From the human T2T-CHM13v2.0 reference genome, Homo sapiens, in NCBI RefSeq assembly GCF_009914755.1, contig NC_060939.1: a stretch of DNA of 64,000 nucleotides; one strand, written 5' to 3'. Below are positions 43,885 through 57,928 of this stretch, piece after piece. The translations under genes were made by a program, and so were the position numbers. The notes under the pieces are model-generated. The model did no database searches, had not been told where the DNA came from, and was given only the letters and a program-made list of their open reading frames with translations. Position 1 is the first letter of the stretch, and every line of letters starts with the position of its first letter.

Positions 43885-44034
43885 GGCCAGGCACAGTGGC
43901 TCATGCCTGTAATCCCAACACTTTGGGAGACTGAGATGGGAAGATCACTTGAGGCCAGGAGTTCAAGGTCAGCTTGGTCAACACAGTGAGATCCCCATCT
44001 CTAAAAAAGAAAAAAAAAATATAAAATAAAAAAA
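43885..44034 (+). mobile_element. Alu left monomer (FLAM/AluJ)
   Basis: 'ggccaggcacagtggctcatgcctgtaatccc...gagatccccatctct' plus A-tail. Confidence 0.9.
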
Positions 44035-44035
44035 T

Positions 44036-44935
<900 letters not shown>

Positions 44936-46110
44936 AGTCTATCTTACATAGTTACATCCTTCATTATTTCACTCTTAGCTAAGTTCAAGCTAGTTTACTA
45001 CTGCTGCATACAGTTTAACACTTCTATCAGGAATTCACTATGTTTCTGGATTTATGTGACTTTTTTGTTCCCTTCTGTTTATGATATATGATAGACTCTT
45101 GCTATTCTTAGAATTCTTTAAGACTCACAAACCCACAAACTGGAATATTTGTAGAGGCCCCTGGTCGTCCCTTGAATCATACATCCAAACCCCAAATTAA
45201 CTCCTTTCAACATTTATTAAAGCTGCTTTCTTCTTGATCAATTCAGAAGAGTTATTATGTTGAAAAGTACAAAGCTGCACTGAGATTCAGACAATGGCAT
45301 GTATCACGCTTGCTCTAGCAGATCATTGATCTTTGTGGGACCGCTTGTAAATTGCAGATGCTGAGGAGGCAACATCAACTATGAGGGGACTCTTGAACCG
45401 TTTGTACTAGTGATTATCTTTTCCCCATGTCTTTCTGTCTCTTTACTTACACTGTTATTGGAGCTATACCTTCTTCACTGGTAATTTCCACTCCTAAATC
45501 CAAATATAGTGGGTAACTAATTAATAATTACGGGCTGAGTAAATAATAAATGAGTCATTTTCTATCCTTTAGGGATCATATGCTTCTAAGAGCAACATCT
45601 GATTGTATTTTATCATCGATATCATTCATAATCTAATAGGTCTTCTGTGTCCTCAAGTTTTCTCATCCTTAATGCCTCTATTTTTGGGTTTTCCATTTAC
45701 CTATTCAACCATTATTTGAGGGCCTACTATGTGTGGTAGGGACACAGTTTGAACAGGCATGTCTGGTTAGGTGAGGCTGAGGGTGGGGTGTGGAAATATA
45801 AATTCTTTGTCTATGATATGTAGACTCAACCTTACAGACAATTACCTAAAAGAAGGCAAGGGTGGCTGGTACCTAACTGGAGAGAAAGACTTTGGTACAA
45901 GATGAGTTCAAAGATGAGATAGGGGACAGATCGCAAAATACCTGATCTGCTATGGTAAAAAAGTTGTGATTACAGTGCCATGGGTCTAACTTACCTAGTC
46001 ATTTCTTGATCCAAATTTCATTTTTTACTCTGTTTTTCCTTATAATTCTCCTCTTAAATTTCGGGTTACTCTCTTTTCTTTATTTTACATTGTATGTGTT
46101 TGTGTGTGTA

Positions 46111-46242
46111 TTTTTTTTTAATTTTAGAAATAGGGACAGAGTCTATGTTGCCCAGGCTGTATTCAACTCCTGGGCTCAAGTGATCCTGCTGCCTTAGCTT
46201 TCCGAGTAGCTGGGACTACAGGTACACACCACCATGCCTGCC
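46111..46242 (-). mobile_element. Alu monomer (FLAM-like)
   Basis: 'tatgttgcccaggctg...aactcctgggctcaagtgatcc...gtagctgggactacagg...caccatgcctgcc'. Confidence 0.85.
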
Positions 46243-46671
46243 TTATATTCTTTAATATTACCTATAATCTTTCTAACACCCACCTTCAATTTTCTTAAAG
46301 TCATTAGTGAGATTAGGTAACAATTTATGGCAAAAGGCACAACAAAAGTGATTACGAGCAGGTGCACCAAGCATGGCAATAAGAGAAACCAATACATCCA
46401 CTTCCACGCAAAACATTCTAAGAAATATTAAAAATGAAATAACATTTCTGGACTTGAACATTTTGCATTATTTTCCTTTTTTCCCTAAGCCCTCTCAACA
46501 GTAAATTAGTCTGCAAAAATAAATCTGTCTCATGATCTGACTCATAGTTTGTAAACCCATACTATATAATATATATATTTATATGTATAATATACAAGCC
46601 TTGCCTTTTAAAAATTATTATGTTTATATTACTCCAGAATTTGTTTCAACATTATCTGTTTGAGCAATGAA

Positions 46672-46885
46672 TTTTTTTTTTAAAGACAAGGTCCTACTCC
46701 ATCACTGAGGCTGGAGTGCAGTGGCATGATCATAGCTCACTGCAGCCTCCAACTTCTGGGCTCAATTGATCATCCTGACTCAGTCTCTCCAGTAGTGGGA
46801 CTATAGGAACACACTACCATGTCTTCCTAATTTTTATTTTTTTATTTTTGTAGAGACAGTGTCTCCCTATGTTGCCCAGGCTGGC
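46672..46885 (-). mobile_element. Truncated AluJ
   Basis: Poly-T followed by 'aggctggagtgcagtggcatgatcatagctcactgcagcctc...gtagagacagtgtctccctatgttgcccaggctgg'. Confidence 0.88.
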
Positions 46886-47238
46886 AGTGAATTTTTTCGA
46901 GAAGAAATTGTGCACATTTTAACCAAAACTTTATAAATATTTTAATATTTATTTAATGTCTCTTCATATTCTATGGAACAATCAATCATTTATAATTCAT
47001 ATATTTGCATGAAGGGTGAAATAGTAAACTAGTAGTTTAAAAAACACTTAAGGATAATCTTCTACAATACAAATCTTTAAAAGTTATAATTTTGTTATTA
47101 TATCTAAAACTCAGATTTCCCTTGTACTGCAGGTTTCTGAATCTCCTAGAAGATTCAAACACTATCTTAATAAAGCAAATGCTGAACTTTATTGTGATAG
47201 CATAATGCTGAAAAAGTAAAAGGTATAAATTCTGTTCT

Positions 47239-47525
47239 GGCCGGGCGTGGTGATTCATGACAGTAACCCCAGAACTTTGGGAGGACAAGGTTGGTGGATC
47301 ACTTGAGGTCAGGAGTTCAAGATCTGCCTGGCCAACATAGTGAAACCCCGTCTCTACTAAAAATACAAAAATTAGCTGGGCATGGTGGCGGATGCCTGTA
47401 ATCTCAGCTACTCAGGAGGTTGAGGTGGGAGAATCGCTTGAATCTGGGAGGTGGAGGTTGCAGTGAGCTGAAGTGCGCCACTGTACTCCAACTTGGGCAT
47501 CAGAGTAAGACTCCATTTCCAAAAA
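47239..47525 (+). mobile_element. AluS, full length, with TSD
   Basis: 'ggccgggcgtggtg...gaggtcaggagttcaag...ctactaaaaatacaaaaattagc...', flanked by aattctgttct and aattctgtcct. Confidence 0.95.
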
Positions 47526-48214
47526 GATAATTAATTCTGTCCTATTGTGGTAGCAGCTCAGCAAAAGGAAACATCCGTCTATATTGAAATCTTTGGAACC
47601 AAGCTATAACACTATTGCAAACACTCACTGCATATATTCAACACATTTATTTAGATTTTCACTTATTTCCTCTTGCGGGTTTATGGTAGACTTCCTAAAG
47701 GCAAGATTAATTTCTGAGCCAGCTTTGCAACTCCTGCAAAATAAGATACAGGGCTGTGCACAAACTATGTGATCAATAAATATCTGCTGAACTCATAAAC
47801 AATATACTTATAATCTATTATTACAATGTTTAGAAAAAAAGAAAGTTAATGAGGTATTATGAGTGAATAATAACGTCTTCAGAATAAAGGACTATTATTT
47901 TTTGGAGAGTGGGATCATTGGTCCAATACTCCACGTCAACTCTACTGCTGGTTTGTGGCAAGGTAAAGAGCTTGCACCAGAATGTAAATCAACTAACTGC
48001 TTCCTACAATGAAGAGGTCTTGCTATTTTTAAAAAGTCAGCTGAACAGTAATCAGTATGTTTAGTGACATCGCCTATTTACATTCTGGCACAAGCTCCGG
48101 ATCTCACTGCAAACCAGTAAGTCTGCACTGGCCCTGATCTGCAGGCCACACTTTTCAGAATCCTGGTTCCATGCTACTACTATAGTTGGACTAACAACAA
48201 CAATGATGATAATT

Positions 48215-48450
48215 TTACCAATTAGCATTTATAGAGTGATTATTGCACACCAGATGCTATGTTCAGCACTTAAGCACTTTATATGGATTATTTCATTTAA
48301 ACTCTTAAGGACTTCATGAGGGTTTACTTTATTATTTCCATTTTTCAAATGGGGAAAAGTAAACCTTCAGAGGTTTAATTTATACAGCTTCTAGAAGATC
48401 ATCTGTGGTAGAGCAGGTGCTTAAAGTCAGGGAGTATGATCTCTGCTTAA
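48215..48450 (-). mobile_element. MIR SINE
   Basis: MIR core-like 'tattatttccatttttcaaatggggaaaagtaaaccttcagaggtttaa' preceded by 'agcatttatagagtg...aagcactttatatggattatttcatttaa'. Confidence 0.7.
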
Positions 48451-49084
48451 CCCCAGTTAAGTGTATAGTGTATATGCTTAACCATATATCCATACTGCTT
48501 CCTGACTATGTTATATATTGCTTCCAGACTACATTTTTAAAAATAGGCTCACGTTGCATCACTGGGGGTTGAAGAAATACTTGACACTAATGGAGATGTC
48601 AGGAAGAGAGGTCTGGAAGAAATATCATAAAACTGAAAAACATGGTATAGATAGATTTGTAAATATTTTTTATAGATTTGAAAAACATATTTCTAATACA
48701 AAGTTACAGTCAAATATTTAATACACTTTATCTCTCAAGCACGGTATGCTTTAATTGAAACAATGGACCTAATCATTACTAGGACTTTTAGAAGGTCACT
48801 TCTTTGTTTGTCTTTGTTTTAATAGCCTCAAATCTCCCAAAAATATATCCTATTTGGTTTCCAGTATCAATTTAAAGTCTTTCTGGGAAAAGATAAGGTC
48901 AAAATTCAAAATTTATTTTAAAATTCTTATTTCTAGACTTGTAACGTGTTGATTGCTTTGATTTTAAGTAAGCAAATCTAGTTAATTAGCTTTTTTTTAA
49001 AAAAAAAGTCCATTTTTATCTCAATGTTGATTCATATCAGATACAACCAGCCTTGTATTGACAATTGGTTGAATATACAATATT

Positions 49085-49139
49085 ATATTAATAACAACAG
49101 ACACTACAGTTGATCTTAGCCAAAAGGCCGAGAAGTGAT
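49085..49139 (-). pseudogene. RNU2: U2 snRNA processed pseudogene (5' ~55-60 nt only)
   Basis: Reverse complement ATCACTTCTCGGCCTTTTGGCTAAGATCAACTGTAGTGTCTGTTGTTAT-TAATAT versus U2 5' ATCGCTTCTCGGCCTTTTGGCTAAGATCAAGTGTAGTATCTGTTCTTAT. It has a 14-bp TSD, gaatatacaatatt (49071-84) and gaatatacagtatt (49140-53). Confidence 0.93.
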
Positions 49140-49249
49140 GAATATACAGTATTGAATATTGTATTGCATATTGGTTGAATAACCAACCCTGCACAATCAA
49201 ATTTTTTAAAAAGAATCCTTACATTCTAATGGTACTTAAAAAAATTTTA

Positions 49250-49375
49250 GCTTGGGGCAATGGCTCATGCCCTGTAATCTCATCCTTTTGGGAGGCCAAG
49301 TGGGGAGGATAATTTGAGCCCAGGAGTTTGAGCCTAGCCTGGGCAACACAGTGAGACCCTGTCTCTACTAAAAAA
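49250..49375 (+). mobile_element. Alu monomer (FLAM-like)
   Basis: 'tggctcatgccctgtaatc...gagcccaggagtttgag...gcctgggcaacacagtgagaccctgtctctac'. Confidence 0.85.
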
Positions 49376-49876
49376 CATATTTTTAAATGTATCTACAGAA
49401 AGTCGCCCCGAGCTCAATCAATGTTTATGTATAGTATTAATATACCACTCCCCACAAATAAGTTTCTAAGTCAAAGGTATTGTCAGAAGTTCAAATGACT
49501 GGACCACTCAGTGCTTTGTGATATTATTTTGATGATTTTTCTGACTGCATTCCATTCCAAAAACTAATTTACTCTGAGTAGATGCAGAGTTAATAAAGTA
49601 TGCAAAAATACTAATCTGGCTTATTTAAGTAGTCTAGTGACATATCTGAGAAAAATTTTGTGTGAGATTCAATAAAAGCTGAGATTTAAAGAACAGGTTA
49701 CTGCTGGTCTCCCCAAGTTAACATACTTTACCTGAGACATACACAAAATTAACTTTTATCCATCTCTCTCTCTCTCTTTTTTTTAAGTATTTGCTTGAGG
49801 CATAATCATAATCAACTTCTAAAGTTACATTTTACTTGATTTGTTGTCCCAAATGTAGACAAAAAACCCATAAATA

Positions 49877-49992
49877 GCCACAGGCACAGTGGCTCATGCC
49901 TGGAATCCCAGCACTTTGGAAGGCTGAGGCTGGAGGAGCCCAGGAGTTCCAGACCAGCCTAGGCAACATAGCAAGACTCTGTATCTAAAAAA
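49877..49992 (+). mobile_element. Alu monomer (FLAM-like)
   Basis: 'ggcacagtggctcatgcctggaatcccagcactttgg...gagcccaggagttccagaccagcctaggcaacatagcaagac'. Confidence 0.85.
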
Positions 49993-50219
49993 TCTGTTTA
50001 AAAATGTTTTAAAAATATTTTTAAACATAAATATCAAGATTTCTGTTGTTAACAAAGTAATGGGTAGTCATTTTACATGAACTTTAATAAAACAATAATA
50101 GGTGAACTGTGTTGTGCGTTCTACGGTGGCTAGAGGAAAATATAATCATTTTGGGGAATGCCAATGCATGAACAACTCAGCAGTAGGCACTCTTCCATTA
50201 ATCCTCCCAGATTTTCAGT

Positions 50220-51060
50220 TCCCTTTTCTGACCACTGGTCTTTAGTCTCCGCGGGTTCTTCCACCATCAGCCCCTCCCCACAACGTAAAATGTGCATACT
50301 TCAGGGCTCTATCCTTTACCCTCTTATTCCACATAATATCCCTGGAGAAAATCATCACATTTTAACTTCAAGCACTAAATGCTTAATCCAAATTTCTATC
50401 TTCATCTCAGACTTTTTCCCTTTAGTTCCAGACCCACATGTCCAACTACTACTACTTATGGGACCTCCCAACATATATGACAGGCTTCTCAAACTGAACA
50501 CATCTACCCCACTTCTTAAAGTCCTCAAAAAATTTTTTTTCTTCTTTAGAGTTCAATGAATAACAGAACATATACTCTATCACCCCACTGTCATCCCTGG
50601 CTTCTCCTTCCTCATCTCCTGTATCACCAAGATTTGCCAATTCTACCTTTTTTAGTGGCCCCTCCTTCTTATTCCCACCATCGCTCTCCTAGTTCTCTTC
50701 ATTTCTTCACTGAGCTTCAGCAACTTCTCCAATTTTTTGGTCTCTCATTTAGGCTCTCTACCAATCTGTCATTTGAGTGTTGCCAGTGATCCTTTCCAAA
50801 TGCAAAACTGATCCAGTCACTGACCCAAATCCTCCTTATTACCTTTAAGGAAAATAAACTCATGGTCCTTAGGTTCCTTCTGATTTGGCCCACATTTGCC
50901 TTTCTGGCCTTACTTCCTCCCATTTTCTGCTAATACACGTGAAGAAGTATTCTCCAGTTCAGCCACAATAAACCAAGGCTTACTTGTTCTCCCGGCATTT
51001 GTGCCTCAGCCCAGGCTGTTCTGTTTCAGAAGCACCTGGTCATTTCCTGTTCACCCTTTA
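50220..51060 (+). mobile_element. L2 LINE fragment
   Basis: L2-like 'cagggctctatcctt', 'ccagacccacatgtccaact', 'ctcaaactgaacacatc' and 'gccagtgatcctttccaaatgcaaaactgatc'. Confidence 0.65.
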
Positions 51061-51600
51061 TGACATGCAATTCCAGAGCCCAGGAAGTACCTAACACACT
51101 GTGAATGTGGTATCAATGTCTGCTCTATGCCTAAGTCAATAACAGCTGTTTATATTAAAAAAGTTCATTACGACATACAAGATATTTTCATTCATAATCT
51201 ATAATAACATTTATCTTGATTCTCACAACTAGACTATCAGACAACCATTGCAGGTTTTATTATCCCAAATTATCAATGACAAAATAATAGCTTCTGTTTT
51301 TCCAAAGGGGCAAAGGTAGAAATTAATGCAATGACCCCAAACTAAAGGTTTGACCTCTCTATTATTACCCTACTTAAATTATCAAGTACACAATGAAGCC
51401 CACCGTGTGCTAAAAGCAACACAGAAGAAGCGTAAGTCATGCACTTAGCTCCAAACATATTTAATCTAGTCAGAGGTACAAGATCCATCCATATGAGATA
51501 AAATTCTATAGGAAAGCATCCTACAGAGCTAAATGCTAAACCGTGTAGCACCCCCAGTAGGAGAGAGAAGTGCATTTAGTGGGCATTAGCCTAATCCTGA

Positions 51601-51982
<382 letters not shown>

Positions 51983-54678
51983 AGTCTCCTTTAGACTGTG
52001 GACGAGTAAACGGCTGAGAGATAGATATTCCATGTGAGTGCAACAAATTGAATGTAGACCATGACAAGTTTGGAGAACAAAGAGGAAAACACCAAAAATA
52101 GAAATTTGATTGTTTTCCACCTTTGACCGAACTCCTTAAGAATTTCAGAAAGTATCAGATAGAGAAAAAAGTACCCTGACTCTGGTAAAGAAAACAAAAA
52201 CAAACAAAAACCCTAAAACTAACAAAAACAAAAATGAAAACTTCCTTCAACTTACCACAGTAAGGCTAGAAGACAGAACTATTAATAGCATGCTCATTTG
52301 CTATATTTTTTATCAACCTATTTGCATTAAATAATGTTAACCTCCCACTAAAGTTATTTCTACTTTGAATTCTGAAGTAGTCAAGAGATTTAAATAAGAA
52401 AAAGACAACATCTGTTTCTTCATTGTTACTTTGTTATTCCCGATCCATAATGCTTCAGTTTGCTACATTTAGCTTAACATCAGCAAAGTAAACAATAATG
52501 TAACTATTCTATCTAGTAATGAGCTTGGAGACTTAAAAAAATATACATAGAACTTAATTCCTTTTCATTTGACCACTAATAACATACTGAACATGCCGGT
52601 GAAAAGAAATAAAACACAATGGTAGAAAACTCCAAAAAGGTACAATCAGTGTCTTTACCATTCATCCCCCACCCCTATCTCATTAGCAACTTTCTGATCT
52701 CGGGTGTTTTTTCCAATAGTAAAGTGTATCCCTATATCCAAAGCAATTTCTCTAAAGCCCTTCTCACTCATTCAAAAACGTTTAACAAGTACATTGCACT
52801 AGGTGATAGAGGAAGAGAAACTGAATATTGTCCCTGCCTCAGACATTTCAGTGCTTTTACGCCTCACTTCCACTCCTAACCAGTCTTCTTCCACAGGTAC
52901 CCTGTCCCCTAAAATCAAATGTTGCTTTTCACAGTTGCCTTTACTTGTCACCTAAAGTATTTCAATTCAAAATTTCCTCAAAGTCAACTTCACAGCTGCT
53001 GATAAAATAATCATTCTATATGATTACAAAGTGTTTCACCAATACATATCCCCATTTTTTCCAAACTTAAAACTTCTTCAGTCCTTACTACTTTAGCATA
53101 GAGACCTGCACTGTTTTTTTCTTCTTTTTAAAAAAATTCTAATGCTAATCCTTTACTGTTTGAGCAGACTTAATCCTACCTTTTCTTTTGTCAATAAATG
53201 CCAGGTGTTTTTTAAATCACTATCTTGCCACTTTTGATTATGATATACTGATCACTCTATTTGCATCTTGAATGAAAAGACCGCTTTGTGATTTTGCTAA
53301 TGATATGTAAACTAGAACTTGAGAACCACTGGATACAGGAGTACTGCTGATCTTTAGATACTTTCTGTCTAAAAATGAAGCCCCTGTCTCCAAATTTCAG
53401 GAACAGGGAGTTAAGGTTCCATGAAGTGTTTACTTTCCACCCTTAATTTATTACCTTAATACTTGAGGTTAAGAATTATGTGTTCTGTATATATCACGCT
53501 GCTTGTCAATATCCACACGTAAACCTTCTTGTTTTGACAATTAATCTGAAAAAGTCCCCATATAGTCTAAGAGGAGGAAAACCTAATTTGGAAGAATATA
53601 ATAAATGTCAGTTTCCATCACAGAATATATGCTTCTCAAGTTCAATTAACCTCTCAATGATTCCCTTTCTAAGAGGAAAGTAATTCTCCTTAGTGTCCTT
53701 GCCATCCATGGAGTGGAAATCTTTATACTGGCAAGATTATTAATCACTTGCATGACCCCCAAAACGGCTCTTCCTTCCATTTCCCTCAAGTACTGTCTGG
53801 AGCAGCGGTTGGAATTAATAGAGGGGCCATAATCTCCAGACCTGAGTACCAAATCAATCCTGCAGCCCCCCACACCCTTAATGCCCCTGCACTTTCTTGC
53901 TTATCCTTTTTCTGTCCTCTCCATTTTTCTTTCCTCCTTCCGGTGTTCCGGAACCTATGATACTCTCCCGGTTGTTTGAATTTTTACAACCTACCAGATA
54001 ATAATCCCTTGTGATCCTCAAAGCTTCCTTAAAGCAAACCCTGCATCACTGTGTTTTAAAACCAGTATTAAAGACTATTGTGTGGGATAATGTTACATTG
54101 TTTCACAGCCCTACAAAGTTTGGCCATGAAACGTGTGGGCAGATTCCGTAACTCAACTGGAAACGCGAAGGACTGAAACAAATCAACACACACAAAACGA
54201 AGCCAGTGAGAAAGATCCAACCCGGGCCCCCTGCCTGAAATGGGACACGGGGATGACGGGGCAAAGCCGGGCAAAGCCGGTCAAAGCCGTGCTCCTGGCT
54301 CTCGCGATTCAGGAGGCGCTCCCAGCTCACTGGGGATGACAGCGACGACGGCGGCGGCTCGCATTGCTCCACGCTTCCCATCAGGGGGGCACCAGGGACC
54401 GCCCCAGGCCCGGCCCATGCCCGGGCTCAGAGGGAGACCCTGGTGCGAGGGCTGCCAGCAGGGCTCCGTCCTCCCGCTGAGGCGTGGCTCCCGGAGCAGG
54501 AGACGCGGAGGCCGCCCTCGGCGTTTCAGAGTCGGGGCGGGGAATGTCCATGGCCAACTGTGGGCAGGGGACCCCCAGGCGGATACAACAGGTGCGCCGG
54601 GGCCGCCCACACGACTCGGGGCGCGCCCGCCCCTGTGCCGACCCCCGACCCCTTCCGCAGCCGGGGCCCAGCTGTTAC

Positions 54679-54935
54679 CTGCAGCGGCGCCTCTCGAGTC
54701 CCCGGAGGGCGGTCCAGGGCCGGCGCCTTACCCGCAGGCAGGCCCACTCGCCCAACGGACGCCGCGGGTCGGCGACGTCGGGGCACAGGTCCTGCGGGGC
54801 CGCGGGGGCCGCCAGGGAGGGCGCGACCGCCTGACCGGGCTTCACGGGCAGTGTCCTCAGCCGGTGACCTGGCCTCTACGGTCGCTCAGTGTCCCCGGCG
54901 ATGCGCCGATCCTCACGCGCTCCCTCACTTCCTGC
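54679..54935 (-). other. Candidate non-coding first exon of the leftward (DHX32-direction) transcript
   Basis: Two minus-strand donors: GCGG|GTAAGG (GT at 54731-30) and CAG|GTAACA (GT at 54678-77). The DHX32 link is inferred only from the recalled head-to-head arrangement with FANK1. The TSS is uncertain. Confidence 0.4.
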
Positions 54936-54990
54936 GGCTTTTGGTCCCTCCCGCTCGCTGTCCCTCTGGTTCAGCCCACTCCGCCTCCGG

Positions 54991-55013
54991 GTTGTCAGGG
55001 CAACCGTAGCGAC
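54991..55013. promoter_or_regulatory. RFX X-box plus overlapping X-box-like site
   Basis: GTTGTCAGGGCAAC (54991-55004) closely fits the near-palindromic GTTGCCATGGCAAC X-box. It overlaps GCAACCGTAGCGAC. X-boxes are typical of ciliary and testis gene promoters. Confidence 0.75.
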
Positions 55014-55093
55014 GCCGGCCCTGGCTGAGAGGCGTTACGAGCCCGGGCGTTCGCCCGCGGAGGCCGGGGAGCAGCCAACCATGGAGCCCCAGA
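55000..55093 (+). pseudogene. FANK1: FANK1 exon 1 (5'UTR plus 13 coding nt, MEPQ), probably a partial paralogous copy
   Basis: Strong Kozak ccaaccATGG at 55081, then ATG GAG CCC CAG A and donor GTAAGG at 55094. This matches the FANK1 N-terminus MEPQK with a phase-1 intron. No exon 2 (…IMPPSKPHPP…) was recognised in the window. The 5' end is approximate. Confidence 0.75.
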
Positions 55094-56308
55094 GTAAGGG
55101 AGGCCTGGGCTGGAGCTGGGACCGGGGCTGGCGACCGGGCTGGGGCTCCCCGGGAAAGAGTGTGGGCGCCCCGCGCGCGACTCCGCAGGTTTCAACGCTC
55201 GGACACGGAAATACGGTTTGCGTCTCCTCGCGCTTTTCTCTCTTGGAGAGGGGAGAAGGGGGCTACATCCTGCCAACTCTGTGTGGTTGGGCCGCCGGCG
55301 CCTGAAAGTCCGCGCTGGGGGCCGGGAGCGACTGGAGAGCCCCGAGCTATGGGTGGGGGAGGGCGCAGCGACCCCAGCTTGCGCCTTCCTGAAACTTCGC
55401 CCAGACAGTTCCATTTACTCCTCCTCCTACTCATGATTTTAGTTTGGTAGTTTGGTTCATTAATTGTAAGTAGCCCATTTTTCTTCTAAAATGTCAGCAA
55501 TTAAACACGTCAGAGGCTGGGTTTTGTATTTATTAGAGACCCCGTCTTACTCCCTGTCCCCCGCCCCACAACCCTAGTCTGCGACTTGAAGGAGAGAGAG
55601 AAAAAAAGAGCTTTGTCCAAGTGTATTTGATTCATTCTTAGGGGTTCTACAAGTTAGGACACTCAAAAAGTGTTTGTGATCTCTTTTTCTGTTTTCCCAT
55701 GTTGCTTTCGATGTATGGCAAAAGTTGTGCAGTTTTGAGTTATCAGATCTAACACGAGTTCTAACTTACTATTTTTGTTGTTGTTTTTACCTTTCCAGGG
55801 ACTTTGTTTCAAGGCCTTTCTTTCTCTGCCCCGTCTAAGCTGTCTTATTGTTCCTTTTGTTATGAAAATAAGGGGAGTGTTTTGTATGGAGACTTAAAAT
55901 ACCTAAAACCTTTATAGAAGGATGCAGTTTGACTTTCAAACCAAGCGGTCCTATCTTCTACAATTTCAGAAATGAAGAACTCAGACCAAATCTATTCTCT
56001 GGGGAAAATGTTGGCATTTCTAAAGGTCATTCGTTTTCCACCAAGAAAGTTTCAAATACTTTTCTTTTTAACTCATTTACTGAGGAGAAAGCTTGCAAGT
56101 TGTGACTTATAGTTGCTTGATAGATTTTGTACAGTATTTGTCATTTGCATTTACAGCTCTTTGGATTCTACATTTTTTTTAACCTAGTAAAAGAAATTTA
56201 GCATATGATAACGCTAAAATTTTTGTTTTATGTCAAACTGATGGCAGGCTGTGTGTATTCCCACCTTAGAGAAGTGAGTTGAAATGTATCTTTTAAAAAA
56301 AACAACTT

Positions 56309-56652
<344 letters not shown>

Positions 56653-56707
56653 TTACTGTTTACATGTGTAAACTATAATTTCAAGTTCTTCAGTGCTGTC
56701 TTTATCC

Positions 56708-57140
56708 CTTCATTCATTTAGAGTGCCTGTTATGTTGCAGCTCTGTTCTAGGGATTGGGGATTGAACAACGGATCAGACAGTGTTAGTTTTGGTCATCCC
56801 AGGAAAACTAAGCAGAGGCTTGCTCAAGAACTACTGAGGTCTTGGTGGGGTTCGGAGATTGGGGGAAGAGGAGATGGACAAAGGCTCCCAAGAGGAAGTA
56901 GTACTGGGTCTGCAGAATGACCCAACAAAGAATGAGGGCAAGGGATTCCAGGCAGTGGGAATTACTTGTACATAGGCCCTGAGACCTGAGAGCAGCGTGG
57001 GTTTGAGGCTCACAGTAGGAAGATTAGTAAAGCTGTAGCTAAGGAGATGAGGAGGAAAAAACGGTTGGAAGGAGGGAGGAGAAATGAGATAAGGCTGGAA
57101 AAGTCAACCGGAGCCAGATCAGAAAGGTTCTGTAACCATG
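56708..57140 (-). mobile_element. L2 LINE 3' fragment
   Basis: 'ttcattcatttagagtgcctgttatgttgcag...', 'gggattccaggcagtgggaa...aggccctgag' and 'gagataaggctggaaaag...gccagatc'. Confidence 0.65.
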
Positions 57141-57313
57141 TGAGAAATGTATTACATATGTGAACTATACATTTATATCTCATGTCATTGGATTTTTGAG
57201 GTAGAAAATATTTAATTTATACCTGAGGAATGACTGTAAATTTCTTTCTTTCCACATATTCTTAAATGATTCCATCAATTTAATTTTAAATAATTCGATC
57301 ACCATTTAGCTCG

Positions 57314-57928
<615 letters not shown>

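Larger units (their letters stand above)
54220..55390. promoter_or_regulatory. CpG island and probable bidirectional promoter (FANK1/DHX32-type)
   Basis: About 1.2 kb, very GC- and CpG-rich, within AT-rich flanks. Contains GC boxes (ggggcgggg 54533), an ETS motif acttcctg (54927-34), an X-box, and divergent splice donors on both strands. Confidence 0.9.

Noticed and set aside
52181-52260. Minus-strand donor (GTG|GTAAGT, ~52255) and acceptor (tttctttaccAG, ~52182) 74 nt apart
   Set aside because: Such motifs occur by chance in T-rich DNA, and there is no coding similarity or other support.
54240-55450. Overlapping 70-262 aa ORFs on both strands
   Set aside because: These are Pro/Arg/Gly-rich open frames expected from stop-codon scarcity in a CpG island. 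Only the 13-nt MEPQ exon has Kozak, donor and a recognisable protein.
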